Part shown: in pieces, positions 24,159-38,298 of the stretch
How the letters are laid out: every line of letters begins with the position of its first letter
Numbering within the stretch: the stretch's first letter is position 1
Origin: Octopus sinensis
Lineage: Eukaryota
Assembly: GCF_006345805.1 (NCBI RefSeq)
Contig: NC_043009.1
Span: 70,308,001-70,372,000, forward strand
DNA: 64,000 nucleotides
Direction: 5' to 3'
Notes under the pieces: model-generated
What the model was told of the DNA's origin: nothing
The model's input: the letters and a program-made list of their open reading frames with translations, nothing else
The model's database searches: none
Program-made: the position numbers and the translations under genes

Positions 24159-26007
24159 TTATTGCTTTTATGTAATTAACGCTAGGAGTTCAGAATGAAG
24201 GAGAATAAAAAGAAAAAAAAAACCGTTTCCCTTTATTTATATATCTTAAAATACATTATCCAATCAGTCTTTACACAGAACCTGTTACAAATCTTCATAA
24301 ATTCATTTGAACACTAAAAATCACGTCTTAATTTACAACCAGCAAAATAATGAACGGAAAACGTGAGCCAATAAACATCTACAGAGTTGAATGAGTCTTT
24401 TTATCATTGGAATCTATTCATTTCATAATCATTTTGGTATATTAGTTTCCTTTCATTAGTCTCACACTAAAGCCACCGAAAGAAAAATCTGCAAAATATA
24501 CAAATAGAAACTAAATTAAAGAAATAAAAACATATATAAGAATTAAAATATAAACAAAAGAGAATTTGCTCAATCAGAATCCCAAAGATAATTGTATTTA
24601 ATCTTAATGAATCAACCTAATTATTGTAATGGAATTTCATTTACCTGTTGATCAATAGATCTCGTTGCCGATGCATACATCCATACATACATACATCCAT
24701 GCATACATACATACATACATGCATACATACATATGAGTGTATGTTTTTATGCATGTGTGTATACATGCATAGATACACACCCATATACACACATATATAA
24801 GTAGGAATGAATGGATGTTGCGTTCGTATAAGCATGTACATGGTTCCTCCCTTCCGATGGAAGCAATTACGAAAGATTCTGCATTAATACAATCTAATTT
24901 GCATGCTGGTAATTGTGTTGAGTGATAAATTAGTCGGAATGTATAATAATCACACATGTCGATAACGGATTTCAGAACTTTTCCTAATCTCTAAACATTG
25001 AGAGACAGAGCAACATGAAGATTTTCACAGTCATTTGCCGGGTAGAAACCTTCATTTAGTCTAATGTATTTGATTGAATATTGTATTGTCATTGAATATA
25101 CTTAATGAGAGTAGGTCATCACCCATGGCCATTTCAACGTCTTAAATTCTGGTCGAAGAAAGGAAAAATGCTTCAAACTTGGCCGGAATGACAGAAACAG
25201 TGTGGAACCGATTAAATGTATACAAGGTTGAGGCAGTGATTTGAAATCGGTCTAACGATTAAGAATAGACTCAAGAAGACGAACGGCTCCAACGAATTTT
25301 CATACAATTTATATATTTCAAACTTAATAAATTTAATTGAGGAAGGTTTTAGTCAATCCTGGGTTTTCTGAACGGGAAGGCAAATCAATACACGTTCACA
25401 GTTTTTCACTTCAAGCGAGTTTATTATATAAAAATCGTTCCCACATATTAAATTCTAGTCATTCATTTTATTTTCTGCCACAAACTCTTCAGTTCACAAA
25501 ACTCCCTCCCCACTTCCTCAACTCCCTACATCTATCAACTCTAACATTTGAATTGTGTTGTTTTTTTTGCAGTTTGCAATCCTTACATGGAATTTAGTAT
25601 GTTTCTTTTAAATCAAAGCCCTGGAGACGCTTGGATATACATAGGGAGGAATTTTTGATAAATTCACTACTGTATATAAGTCGAAGCAAATTGTTGGCTT
25701 TATATGTTTGTTTAAGAATTTGTTATGTTATCTTATATTGTATTATATTATATTGTAATGTAAATATATTTTAAGTTTATCAAGGGTATGTCTTTCATTT
25801 AATATTCGTATATTATAATTATACCCTTTTATCTGTGGTATTTAAGTGTTGTACCAATGAATTTAAGTCATCTTGACGAAAACTTCTCATATCCTTTAAA
25901 TATATATAAGTTCAGCAAACCTTAGATTCAGATGAATATGGTACTTAAGTCAAAGGCACCAGAAATTTGTATGGAATTATCCATATAAAGCAAATGGGGT
26001 GATTATA

Positions 26008-26409
26008 ATCAAAATAAGCAACAAGTATATCCAAGGTAGTGTAGTACAATTGTTTCATGCTACTTCATTTTATTAAACACTGTAAGTATTACAAAAGTTT
26101 TAAAATGCCGAGCAATCTTCAGCTACTTATAGAAGTTTCCAATCAAACTGACAGTCAGAGAGTGAATATACTACTATCATGTTCTTAAAAATGAAATCAG
26201 CCTCTCTGTCTGTATATCTACCCTCTTTATAATGTTGACAAGCGAAATAGAGATAAGAATGTGCATTGTCCATTTGATTGGAAAATTCTATAAGTAGCTG
26301 AAGATTGCTCGACATTTTAAAACTGATGTAATACTTACAGTGTTAATAAAATGAAGTAGCATGAAACAATTGTACTACACTACCTTGGATATACTTGCTG
26401 CTTATTTTG

Positions 26410-26411
<2 letters not shown>
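26008..26411. mobile_element. Foldback/MITE-like element with about 145-bp terminal inverted repeats
   Basis: 26008-26153 is the reverse complement of 26267-26411 with few mismatches; 113-bp spacer; TA-rich flanks. Confidence 0.8.
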
Positions 26412-26444
<33 letters not shown>

Positions 26445-26826
26445 ATATATATAATATATATATATATATATTATATATATATATATCATATGATATATTG
26501 CAACACGAATAAAAGAGACTTAACAAACGGGTGATATAGGTTAATAATCCGAAAACTGACATTTAAAAAAAAAGCATAACTATACAGTGTGCTGTGAACC
26601 GTTGTGCCAAACGCTCACATTCATAGAAACAAACTTTAAGGATATTTATTATATGTTTACGACATATTTTGATTTCTAAAGGCACATTCACTGCAGTTAC
26701 CGGGAGAAAAAAAATTCTAACTTATGGTTAAAGTTTTAATAGCAACAAATGTGCCCAGTGCTTCCTCACCAGAAGAGCAAACACCAGAAACATCATTGGA
26801 AATATTTTTTTATCCTTCTCTCTCTC

Positions 26827-27044
<218 letters not shown>

Positions 27045-27215
27045 TTCACTACATATCTATATGGTTCATTACATGCTGGCTACTTGATAAAATCTAATAA
27101 AGATTTTATCCTTGATTATTTTAATGTTTATATATATATATACTACTAATACTAACATTTCAAGTGTACACTTATGTGTTTGAGTGCATTGAGTGCGCGT
27201 GGTTGAATTTATATG

Positions 27216-27252
<37 letters not shown>

Positions 27253-29572
27253 CACTCACTGCATACATATTAAAACTTATTTCAATATTTTGACGTTGAA
27301 TATCTCAGTGATATCTACGATATTCAGTAAACATGACCCTTATATATTTCCCTAGAGTGGCGTATTATGGGGATTATATAATTTCACTAGCGTTACTATA
27401 ATGCTGTCCAGCGCTATCATAACGCTCGAATTGTTTGACACACAACAGTAGCATAACATAATATTGCTTATCTTTAGAAATAGTTACCTTTTACACAGAA
27501 ATAGCATTTGTTCCACCATTAGTAATAACTCTTAATTTTGAAATTGATATTTCTAGTTTTTGCTCTGAGTTCTTCTATAAAAGATAGTTCACATTTTATT
27601 ATTTGTCTCTATTTTATTATTAGAAAGAAAATAAATTTATGAGTGCACCACCTCTGGTTCGAATATCGTTCTAATATGCAATGTTACTTGCTTGAAATTA
27701 GGTTTCAGAGATTAGATTCTATATTATTCCATTCCAACTATTGCCACTTTTCTTTTTTATCTTCTGTGAAGACTTTGATTGAATTTACGTATTTTATGAA
27801 TACATAAATTTCTTATATGTCTGCGACATTTGATTAGAATGAATACCCATGAAATATTAAGTTAACAAAGTTGCTAACAATACTACACAGCACTTAAGTA
27901 TATTTGATTAAATGTTACTCGCAGCACCTGGTTGGCGGCAGAACTGTAAATACCAATCAGCGAAGAAACCGATTCTGCCATTCGCATGCTGTCATCGGAA
28001 TGTTCGAGTCAATGAGAAACACTATCCATGGTTGACCGATTTAATAAAAATAGCAGGAATTTTTTCCTTCAACTTACATTCTACTGTCTTTAAAAAACGA
28101 TATCTAGAATTTTATTGAATAACAGAATCGAAGATGGTTTATGCCTGAGAGGGGAAAAAAATGACTGTTTAGTTACAGCTTGAACAGCTTTGATCAAATG
28201 TATAATCGGAAATAACTTGTCTGGACTAAACAACAACAAAAACTAATGCTACTTGGATGTAACCAGATACAAATTGCTTAGCTTCAACGAGCCGCCGTCC
28301 ATCGTTCAAGCAAAGACAGATTTTGAACGTAAATTCTTGCAAATAAATTAATACGTAACACCATCTGACTAACAAGAATGACAACTGTACAGTTTGCATG
28401 TCATTCAGTTTTAACTTTGAAATAATAGTGTCTTCCAATGTATTTATGAAAGAATGGAAGAGTTCTTTACAGTCGTTCCGTTCCTTTATAGGTGGTTGGC
28501 ATGAAAGCATGTTGTGTATTTGCGTAGGTTCCTGTATCTCTTTGTACGTGTGTGGTTTTGTGCCTGTGCGTCTGACAACGTATATATCTGTCTCATTAAC
28601 TATAGAAGTTTGACTTTGTGAGCGCTTCAACCTAAACGTGTGTATGTGTGTGTGTGTGTGTGTGTGTGAGTGTGTGTGTGTGTGTGTGAGTGTGTGTGTG
28701 AGTATATGTGTGTGCGTGTGTATGTGTAAATGAAAAAGTTTCCTATATTTTTACAACACTTTCATATTGGTATGTCTTAGAACCACTCCTTTGATAATTC
28801 AAACAAGAAGGAAACAACAAAAAAATGTCACGCAACAATCCTAAATTGTCATTAGAGCGCCATCTACAGACAGCTGAACGACACTATTTGCATCCTCATA
28901 GATTTTTCCATTTGGTGGCGTCAGAAGTGAGTTATCTCTTGAACTACTCGCATCAGAACACATCACACGAAAATGCTAAAATACATTTTGATGGCTGCCA
29001 TTATCGTATAAAGCATTTTATGTGTCATGCTTTACTTACAATCATTAGTTTTGTGATCTATTATCCAAGTATTATGCACGTGTGTATAGCTATGTATGCA
29101 TCGATTTATGTTACATTTATTGTGTATACGTGCGAATCTATAGATATATGCGCCCGATTAGTCACATAAGGATGGAACAGTGCCCAAACGCTTTATTTCC
29201 CAGAAGCTCAGAGAATGATAAGAAGAAAAAGGAAGAAGTATCGACATACAAGGGACAGTTTCGAACGCTTATAACAGAAAGGACTTCGGTAGAATCAACA
29301 AGGACAGAAAATTGGTGTGGCTTTTAGAGCAAGCGAACGTTCGAGTCACACCAGCAGCAATTCAAAATACAAAGAGCTTTCAACTCTGACACTCTTACAC
29401 TTTCACACACATACAGACACACAGACACACACACACAAGCACGCGCGCGCCCATACGCACATGCATATACACACTTACAAACAAACTCATATATTCTTAT
29501 GTAAGGAAGCAATTATTCCAATAAGCGAATTAAACATTACAGCTTGGGTTTGTTATATATATATATACATGT

Positions 29573-29870
29573 GAAGGTGCATGGCGGAATGGTAAGTGTG
29601 TTGCACCCACGATTGCGAGATGGTGGGTTCGATTCCCAGATCGGGCGTTGCGTTGTGTTCTTGAGCAAAGCACTTCATTTCACGTTGCTGTGCAATCATT
29701 TCGTCATCTGACATGTGGCCCCCGTTGCACCTGTACAGGTAATGTCGATCGCATGGAGGGAGTGAGCTTCTGTCTACACAAACATTTGATCACTATAAAC
29801 GAATCATTTGTGTGGTTGTTCGGCAAGAAATTGTCGAACCCCCATACGTCGTCTAACGATGGGGGAGTTC
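29573..29870 (+). mobile_element. tRNA-derived SINE with ttgtgttcttgagcaaagcacttcatttcacgttgc core
   Basis: A-box-like tggcggaatgg and B-box gggttcgattcc; the core is shared with 63800-64000. Confidence 0.8.
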
Positions 29871-30216
29871 ATTATATACATATATACATATATATGTATA
29901 TATGTATAAATGCACGCACACGCACACACACACACACACACACATATATATGTATATATATTAAGAATGATAAGGAGAACGGAGATTTTTTACATCCATA
30001 ATTTTATTTCGCAGTTATCTACAAGATCGATCTGAAATCCAATTAAGAGGAAACACGGTAACCATCAGGATAATATAGCTCTTTAAACTCATATATATGA
30101 TGATGATGATGATGATGATGATGATATACATACATATATTTTTTCTTCTTTTTTTCCTCCTCTCTTCCCTTCTCCAAACTCAGAGACACCCACGCACACA
30201 CACGCACACACACACG

Positions 30217-30249
<33 letters not shown>

Positions 30250-30564
30250 GCACACGCACACATACACATATGCTCTCTCTCTAACTTTCTCTTCATCCAT
30301 CACCCTCCTGTGCTGTCTTATATTCCTCCCCACCACTACAAACTCAATACCACTATAAAATGGTCGAAACATTTCACACAGGAACTTAGTTTGATTTGAA
30401 AACCCTACAAGAATGGGAGAAAGCGCTAATACATGATCTAAGTTATATGATGTATAAAAACATGTAATATACAAATAAATACCTGTAAATATAAACCATC
30501 CGATTTTCTGAGTACCTCATTTCTCCGAATATAAAATACCTGTACATCATCTCCAAACCTTCCA

Positions 30565-30623
<59 letters not shown>

Positions 30624-30625
<2 letters not shown>

Positions 30626-30800
30626 AGAGTTTACGAAAAAAGAAAAACAAAAGACGAAGACAGGTGGTGTACAAAACAAACAGATGTATTAGTATAGCGC
30701 TCAGGTATAGAAAAAGTCTTTTACATTTCTAGCCTACGCTCTTCTACAGAAAGGGACACAGCAAAAACAAGGAGAGAAAAAATGTGTGTAGTGGCTACAT
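30624..30800 (-). mobile_element. Penelope-type terminal-repeat fragment with hammerhead-like motif (family B)
   Basis: Reverse complement ctttctgtagaagagcgtaggctagaaatgtaaaagac...acaccacctgtcttcgtc, abutting (TA)n at 30567-30622. Confidence 0.7.
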
Positions 30801-30834
30801 ATGTACGTATGTATGTATGTACATCATTGATTAG

Positions 30835-31178
30835 TTTTATTTCAAGATTTCTTGCCAATAGGAACAGAGCCGATTTCTAATCTAGATCCAAGGCTCCTTC
30901 ATTGGAATTTCAGCGTCAACAGGGTCTTTTTGTTGCAGATACGTATGCTTCGTTTTAAGTATGTATTCCCTGGTATTTAGTTGCATATCTAGACATGCTT
31001 CTATATACTTAAATGATGAACGTCTGGAAAGTTTTATAGATTGTTACAGCTCCAGTGATGAATTGTATCTTCGAATCGGCTTTCTTCTTTCTGCTTTTGA
31101 GAAGCCTAATTTCTCAAAATCGGTATTTAGGTAGTGTGACACATACCCTAGTGTCCCCATAATTTCAGGTAGAAACCT
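30835..31178 (-). mobile_element. 3' end of another RLE-type LINE family
   Basis: Minus strand [36 protein letters not shown]...ITGAVTIYKTFQTFII*. It resembles the post-endonuclease GxLG motif and C-terminus of RLE LINEs and is followed by a 3' UTR. Confidence 0.65.
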
Positions 31179-31327
31179 AAATTTGCAATCTGCTCCCCGA
31201 CTCTCTGTCTCGCTTTCTGTGTGTTGGTATATGAATAATGATAGCCAAGTAGTCGGGTTGAGTGCTTCTCTGGAAATACTTCAGCTTCACACCCACCTGA
31301 CCTTAGCCATTTACTATGTATGTATGC

Positions 31328-31370
<43 letters not shown>

Positions 31371-31408
31371 TTTTGTTGAATTTCTGCTGCTTTTAAATAA
31401 AGTATATA

Positions 31409-31451
<43 letters not shown>

Positions 31452-34400
31452 ACACATGTGTCTATGAATATAATCGTTATGGTTGTCTGCTGTATAGACG
31501 GGCTGTAATATTAATCTGGTATTAGGAAACTCTATGCGTGATATCAATTATGATGTATAGAATTTAAACTAATCAGTAGTACGAAGTTTTGTGACAGTTC
31601 ACCGTGAATGTTAGCTGTGATATCAGTCCACAGATATTATGTCGGATGTTATAAGATTCCAGGTGTGTGAATATAAGCTGTAATATAAATCTAGTTTTCT
31701 GGATTTATCACATCAATATTTATAATTCATAGTTAGCAGAACGTTTTCAAAATAAGCAAATCTCATATCTAAGTGAAAAAGGTGATCTTTAAGTGAGTTG
31801 TATTCGCTTAAACAAGATTATTCTTCGTTTATTTAATTTAGGAATAATTCTTCATGTTTGTTTTGTCACTTTTTATCACAGAGAAAATGTAGTAGAGAAA
31901 CGTTTATCAGATACGATACTCTAAGCAATGTCGTAATATTAAATATGGAACAAAACGAAAATAATCGACTCTTTTTCTATAACAGGAAATCACATAGGTT
32001 CGGTTAGAAATTATAAGGCTTAGACTCAATTCATGGTTGTTAATTTGAAGATAACAAACAGAAACATTTTGAAAAATGACTTTTACTCTTAGCCAGTAGA
32101 TTGAAAGGAAGATCAATAAAGGGATATGTAAGCGCCCCATCTACTTTCGAAAGGTACATTAGGACAAAAACAAGACTTCAAAAACAGTAGACAATTTCCT
32201 ATTCTTGATATTACAAATGATGTCATGATTTGGCATTACAAAGGGTATTTATTCATTTATGTATTACCTATTAATCAATTGTTTATTGTTGATCTCACTT
32301 TAAAATCTCTTCTCATACTTCGAAAGCCTTACGCTCGAAGTGGTAAGTCCTCATTTTGAAATCGAAGTGATTTTGAAGTGGAAAATCTCGGTCACATAAA
32401 TGTGAATTGGGTTAAATATGAATTAAATATTATGGAAATATCAATGATGTATCGCACCTTGCCTGAGGCCTTCACCTCTAATTGTCACTGCTGTGATGTG
32501 AACTGTTGTGCAATTTTTAACCTGGCTCTGTCCATTTCTCCTCAGCTTTGGCTGCAACCAATTTCTTCTAGAAACAAAGAGAGAGAAAATGAGAGAGAAG
32601 AGCAACATTGAAAGAAGAATCGAACCCTGCAGACGAATTGTATTCTATGTATTGGACCCCGAAAATTTAAAGGAACAACTTGTGAGATTTTGAAAACGTA
32701 AAACAGTCAACAAGAACGAAAATTGCAAGATATTTGACTTTTTAATGTCTTATCCAACATATTGCTGTAACTATAAAGTATATTCCTGATAACGATAAAG
32801 ATATGCAAAATGAATTTCCCAAGTAAGCTGAAGACTAAAGCAGTGAGAGGTTCTCTAAAGACTCCAATTCTCGCGGGCAAAATCTTTGAAGTGTTTTGTA
32901 GAACAATTTATTCTCCGCAGCTACGTAAATCAATGCAATGGAAGATTAAATAATCTATCTTATACAATGAAATAGTTATGGTAGAGTTGAACTTACGATA
33001 CCTCATATTGCATAACCCTGGTAGCCATTTTGCTTTCCGGCTATCTATTGACAGCTATATAATTATGAAAGCTGTTTAGAGTTATAGAGATTACTGTCAA
33101 CGAACTCATAAATCTAAAAGGCTGTGTGATAAGTTTAGAATATCATTCACGGTCGTAGCAATTGAGAAATCTATTTTATTAAGTGGATATGAAAGATGAT
33201 TGTAATGCATTGCCGGAATAGAGTTAATAGAAAGTCTGTTAGTGAGTACAAATAGTGACCGAATGGGGACCAGGTGTTGCTCTTTGCTGCACTTTGTTAT
33301 TATTTCCTGCACTTTACTGCACCCACATCTTCGATTAAGCAATCAATGTAATTTTGTACAATTCCAAATACAATGGAACACGGGAGAAATTTAATACTTC
33401 ATATTTTAGTATGTTTCATATAGAAGAAAATTTGCAGAACTCTTACTACGTTAAATGTAGTACATAGTCAATAAATAGATTCTTGATACACACTATCAAT
33501 GGCAAATAATTTTATTGCTCAGATTTGCATCCAGCAACGTCTCTAAAATTATCATAAATCCGTCACGTTTCAAACATGGAATTTATCAAAACTGAAACCG
33601 AAATTTCATGGACAGTTTATTGGCTGCGGTCAGTAATCCTTCCTCGTATTAAAAGTTCTGTTTCTAACCGGATTTTCCTAATAATGTCATTAAGGAAGCT
33701 CACTTATCACTTTGACCACAAAAATGCATTCAGAAAAGTCTTGGATGTGAAAAAGAAGATAAGACGAAAAAGGGTTAAGGTCATAGGCATTCACCTGACA
33801 ATTGAATTTAAAATAAAATATTACTCTATAATGCGATTTTATTTTCGTTACATCCGATTTGTAATTTAGATGATCGTAAATATTGCTGGAGAAATATTAA
33901 CTCTTTCATGCAAATCAAATCCTCAGAGATTTTGTAGCTAAAAACACTGTGGAAGTGTATTCGTAATTTCGTTTGATTGAAACTAAATGGAACAGCAGAT
34001 TCACAACTATAATATGATAAAATTTTGTAGCTCAGCTATTTGGACAGAGAGAATAGCTTAATTCTGAAGAATAGAGAGACTTCGTATCCTCATTCTTTTA
34101 CTGTGTTTTTGTTCTGTCTGGGCTGTCCTAAAACGGTGTATAGAGTTTTGATCTAGTAGTAAATAAATATCATTAGAAAATGCAAGTAAACAACTGAGAA
34201 AAGACGGAGGAGAAGGGTGTATTTAGCAGACATGGCTGCGTGATCAAGAAGTTGCTAAGCAAACAAACAGTATTGAATTTAACACCAGGGTGTGCTGTGT
34301 TAGACAAGTATATCTTACTTTAAGTTCGGGTGAACTTCAAGCATTGTGAGCGATATTTTTATAGGCAGCGATAAGCATGGAAGAACGTCGGAAAGATTGT

Positions 34401-35090
34401 TCGGTTTCTTAGGGAACGGGCTTCATCTATCATCCTCTTCAACTTCTCGGCCTAGCGGTTAGGTGAAGCATTTAGAGGAATCTATTCAGTCGCGAGCATC
34501 TGAAAAGTGTTCCATCGGAAGATAAGTTCTCTTCTTCCTGCCACCAATCTGTGATGTCCTGAAGATGTCCTGAAAAGAGGTAAAAATACTGCCTTGGCTT
34601 CTCTCAATACACATCTGCACAGTTTATGCATTTCTCAGGGGCTTTTTAACGGTAAGTGAAGAAGAGGAAGCTCTTTTTTGAACCATTATGACTTATCTAT
34701 GTTCAATGTATCGACGCCAAAATTCCAGAGAATCTTTGAATCTTAGAACCTGATGAAATTCTTTAAATATTAAAAATAGAATTTTCTCATAAAACAGGAA
34801 AGGAAATGGCATATAGCTTGACTCCATAGACGTAGGTCTGTGATATTGTAACTCAATATCAAAGCGTATAAGTTTCTTTATTTTGTATCGTGATTTATAA
34901 CAAATTACATTTTAATGAATAATTTATTAAAGCTAGATCAAAACGTGATACGAAAGCGAAAACATTTTGAAAACACTGAAACTAACCTTCATGTTATTCG
35001 TTTAGAAACTAAACTGTGTCAAACTTTATCATACAACATTCAGTCCGATTCTCAACCGTTTCTGCCAATTCGAAGCCTCTTTAGAATAGG

Positions 35091-35281
35091 TACGACAGTC
35101 GGTTGAACAGCTCGTAGGCTGAATAAAATACTCTCAGGCAATGCGACCAAATGAAGTTTTTTTTCAACATAGTTTCTGTTGCGGTACACATCGGCGTTGC
35201 AGTGTTTGGATCCCGTTGGTGACGAAGTTGTCATCCTTTTGGTAGAAAACTTTATCAACAGCAGGTGTAACTTCGTTATCA
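35091..35281 (-). mobile_element. Mariner 3' end fragment with TIR
   Basis: Minus strand DNEVTPAVDKVFYQKDDNFVTNGIQTLQRRC...YVEK; terminal tacgacagtcggttgaacagctcgtaggct resembles the tacgagg..aaaagttc-type TIR seen at 45408-45633. Confidence 0.65.
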
Positions 35282-35284
35282 CTA

Positions 35285-36180
35285 CGATACTGCTTCCAAG
35301 CAGGTGCGTTTCTTTTTATGGCACAGTTTCTCTTCTCTATCGCAAATCCCTATAACAGGTCTGTTGTGCTTACATTGCATTGAGGATTTCACTTGGACAT
35401 TCCGCCAGTAATCCTTTTTATTATGAATGGCTATGGCTTCTACCAAAATGTGGGTTCTTATTTCTTTGTTTTCGAGTTTATTCTTTCGACGGATTTCATT
35501 ACAGAGTGTCCTGGTTAAAACATTATCTCTCATCGGTGCACAAACCGTGATGACGGTTTTGGACAATTGCTTATGGTGTGAGTGAAATTTTCGGTGTTAA
35601 CTTCACAAAACCTGTATCGGTTATCAAATTTTAGTTTCAGGATGGTGGCCCACGATAAAGTCAGGTCAGCTATGGCTTTGACTATTCTCACTGGAACTTT
35701 ACCAAGTTGAAGGACTTCTAAGCTTCCATGAGTGGAGAACAGAGTCAAAGGCTTTCTTGTAGAACCAGCCACATTGCGACTAGGTTCCTCCTATGCTCTC
35801 CGATCTCTGACATCACAGTTCTGTTGGCTAAAAATTGCTCGGCGCATCCCCAGTCCCCTTTCTTCTCTGCTGCTTGTCCTGATGTTATGATGTTATTGGT
35901 TTCAAAATGGTCCTGGACGAATCGGTTTAAGCATGCTGTATATATCTTATACATTAATTTCTGACATGCAATTGGTCTATAAGTTTTTGCCATGTGGTTG
36001 GTTCCGCATTCGAGGCTCAATTTTGTCTCTGCCAGAGCTAACCAGCTTGGTATGCTACTGTTCCCAATGAAATCTTGCTGGTACAGATTGATAAGATAGG
36101 GTTGGTAGAATCTCAGCTTCTTGTACCAATATCCAACAATCAAATCTCTTCCAAGTGCTTTTCCATCCTGGACTTTCTGG
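35285..36180 (-). mobile_element. Internally deleted RLE-type (R4/Dong-like) LINE: partial RT fused to zinc knuckle/RLE
   Basis: Minus strand ...GRDLIVGYWYK..., TYRPIACQKLMYKIYT, WGCAEQ, FDS..HSW (RT N-terminal domains), then immediately RFCEVNTENFTHTISNC, CKHNRP..ICDREEKLC. Confidence 0.88.
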
Positions 36181-36269
36181 AGTATGTATGTATGTATGCA
36201 TGTACGTACGTACGTACGTATGTATGTACGTATTAATGTATGTATGAATGACTATATGTATGCATATCA

Positions 36270-36545
36270 GGTCACTTTCGAGTGCTACTGGTAACATGTA
36301 ACCCAGTACAACCTGTTGCATGGTCGGGTCGTCGGCGACTAAACCGGTAACCCCACCAAGCTTGCTTGGTGAGAAGGGTGTTTATTGGACACCCTGCGGG
36401 ATGAAAAACAAAACCCGTCAAAGGGCAGAGGAACTCTTGATAGTCAACGGCCATCCAATTGATTAAGCTTCGCGCAATGGCCATACTCGATAACGAGGGG
36501 GCAGCCACCATGTATGCATGGGGCGTATGTTAGTTGGGGTTCATC
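36270..36545 (+). mobile_element. Interspersed repeat resembling an RTE-type LINE 5' region
   Basis: ggtaaccccaccaagcttgcttggtgagaaggg...aaaacccgtcaaagggcagaggaactc...cgataacgagggggcagcc; the last 45 bp recur inverted at about 54246-54290. The RTE assignment is from memory. Confidence 0.5.
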
Positions 36546-37013
36546 TTTCCATCCAGAAAGCGGCAAGTCTACACATTACCATTTCACTGTCATCTGCATC
36601 GACATTTTATTAAGTCCTAAATTATGATTGAATATATTTCATAAACACATTTGATATTTGGATAGAAAATCATCACCATGTTCTTCACATATAACACATC
36701 ACCTTGAATCTGAAGGGATTCCATTGAATATAGTATATTCCAAATATCAATCACATTGAATATGTTATTGGATTTGTGTTTAGGAAAGACGAAGATGGAT
36801 ACGAACATTTTCATGGTAGCGTGTTTTCCTTTGAACTAGAATTAGATCAGTCTTATATAGGAATGAGCAGCGTCGATCAACCCAGTTTGCATAAGAGACT
36901 GCAAGAGTAAGTAGTGGTCTCAATAGGAAGGAAGTTAAGCCCAAATTGACGGGAATTTTTTCGAGAATATAATGCTTGCATCCGGCACTCTAGTGTTTTT
37001 GCTATCTACACTG

Positions 37014-37116
<103 letters not shown>

Positions 37117-37122
37117 TGTACG

Positions 37123-37400
37123 TACGAGGTTTCATCAATAAATATTCGGAATGCTGCCATATTGACGAAGCTAATGCACGCAGAGTAAAGCCGCTGGACA
37201 AAAATTGACCTTGAACTCAGCTGTGCATGCGCACTAAGTTTTAATGTTCCAGCTCACCTCTTCCGCTGTTTACAGCAGTGCTTGGGAGGAAGGTGCGCAT
37301 TGTGTGATCATCACATTGACAATGACAGGGAAAGTTATCAGGTACCTGCTCAGAGGCCTACGCAAAGCCGCAGAAAGTGTATGGAAAGGAGCCTATGAGA
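37123..37400 (+). mobile_element. Mariner 5' end fragment (TIR, leader, start of transposase HTH)
   Basis: Starts tacgaggtttcatcaataaatattcgg; later MTGKV...TCSEAYAKPQKVYGK, typical of the mariner N-terminal HTH. Confidence 0.6.
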
Positions 37401-38083
37401 CATACATAAATACAGTTGATGTAAATGCAATTCGCCGAAAACAATTTGTCTAAATGATAATTTGACTAAAAATAAACATTGTTTCTTTTTTGATCAATTC
37501 GTAGGAAGTGGAAAGGAATAGGTGTTTTCTTATGGTATTGAGTATAAATAGTTGTTTGCGATAATATGGAATAAAACTAGTTGTTTTCTAAAACAAAGAT
37601 TCTTATTTAGAATAATTCACAGTGAAAAGACCCATAGCCAAAGATGTCTGCTCATTCAGAATTCTGAATCAGAAAAAGGTTGTAACAAGTTGGTTGATAA
37701 TGGACATAATGAGGAAAATGGTGAACGTTTTTATAGGAAGTGCAAAAAAATCCGAAAACAAAATACACCTCTGAACTTGAAATCACCATAATTGTTTTCA
37801 GTTATATCATAAACTTTTGTACGTATTTTGCTAATTTTCTGAACATACTTGAGGCAAATATTCATTGTTCATATTTAGGATTTCTACTGTCAGGAATTCA
37901 GTGTAGATTTGATTGTCTTTTGTTAAATGTTTGGAATTCCATAAGAAACTATAGACTTGTTTTAGACAACTTGAAATACACATTTTGTAACTAGAAAAGT
38001 CTTATAATAAAAGAAAAAATGCAGTTTAAGTTTGAAATACAGAATTAGTTCTGTGAAAGCAAAGCAACATTACACGCAATATC

Positions 38084-38298
38084 GGTTTCACATTTTGGGT
38101 AAAAGGCCAATAATTTCGGGATAGAGGCTACGTAAATTACATCAATTCCAGTCCTCAAATGGTACTTATTTTATCATCTACTCCGAAAGGATTAATGGCA
38201 AAATCAACCTCAGCAAAATCCTAACTTGGAATGTAAAGACGGACCAAATACTGTTAAGCATTTTATCCGGCAAAATAACGATTCCGCCAGCTCGCCGT
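38084..38298 (-). mobile_element. SINE (gagctggcagaa family), diverged
   Basis: ggtttcacattttggg...ggtacttattttatc...ggcaaaatcaacctcagc...ttaagcattttatccggc...ttccgccagctcgcc. Confidence 0.75.

Noticed and set aside
28540-28585. RRTGTKPHTYKE resembling a C2H2 zinc-finger linker
   Set aside because: No flanking Cys/His ligands.
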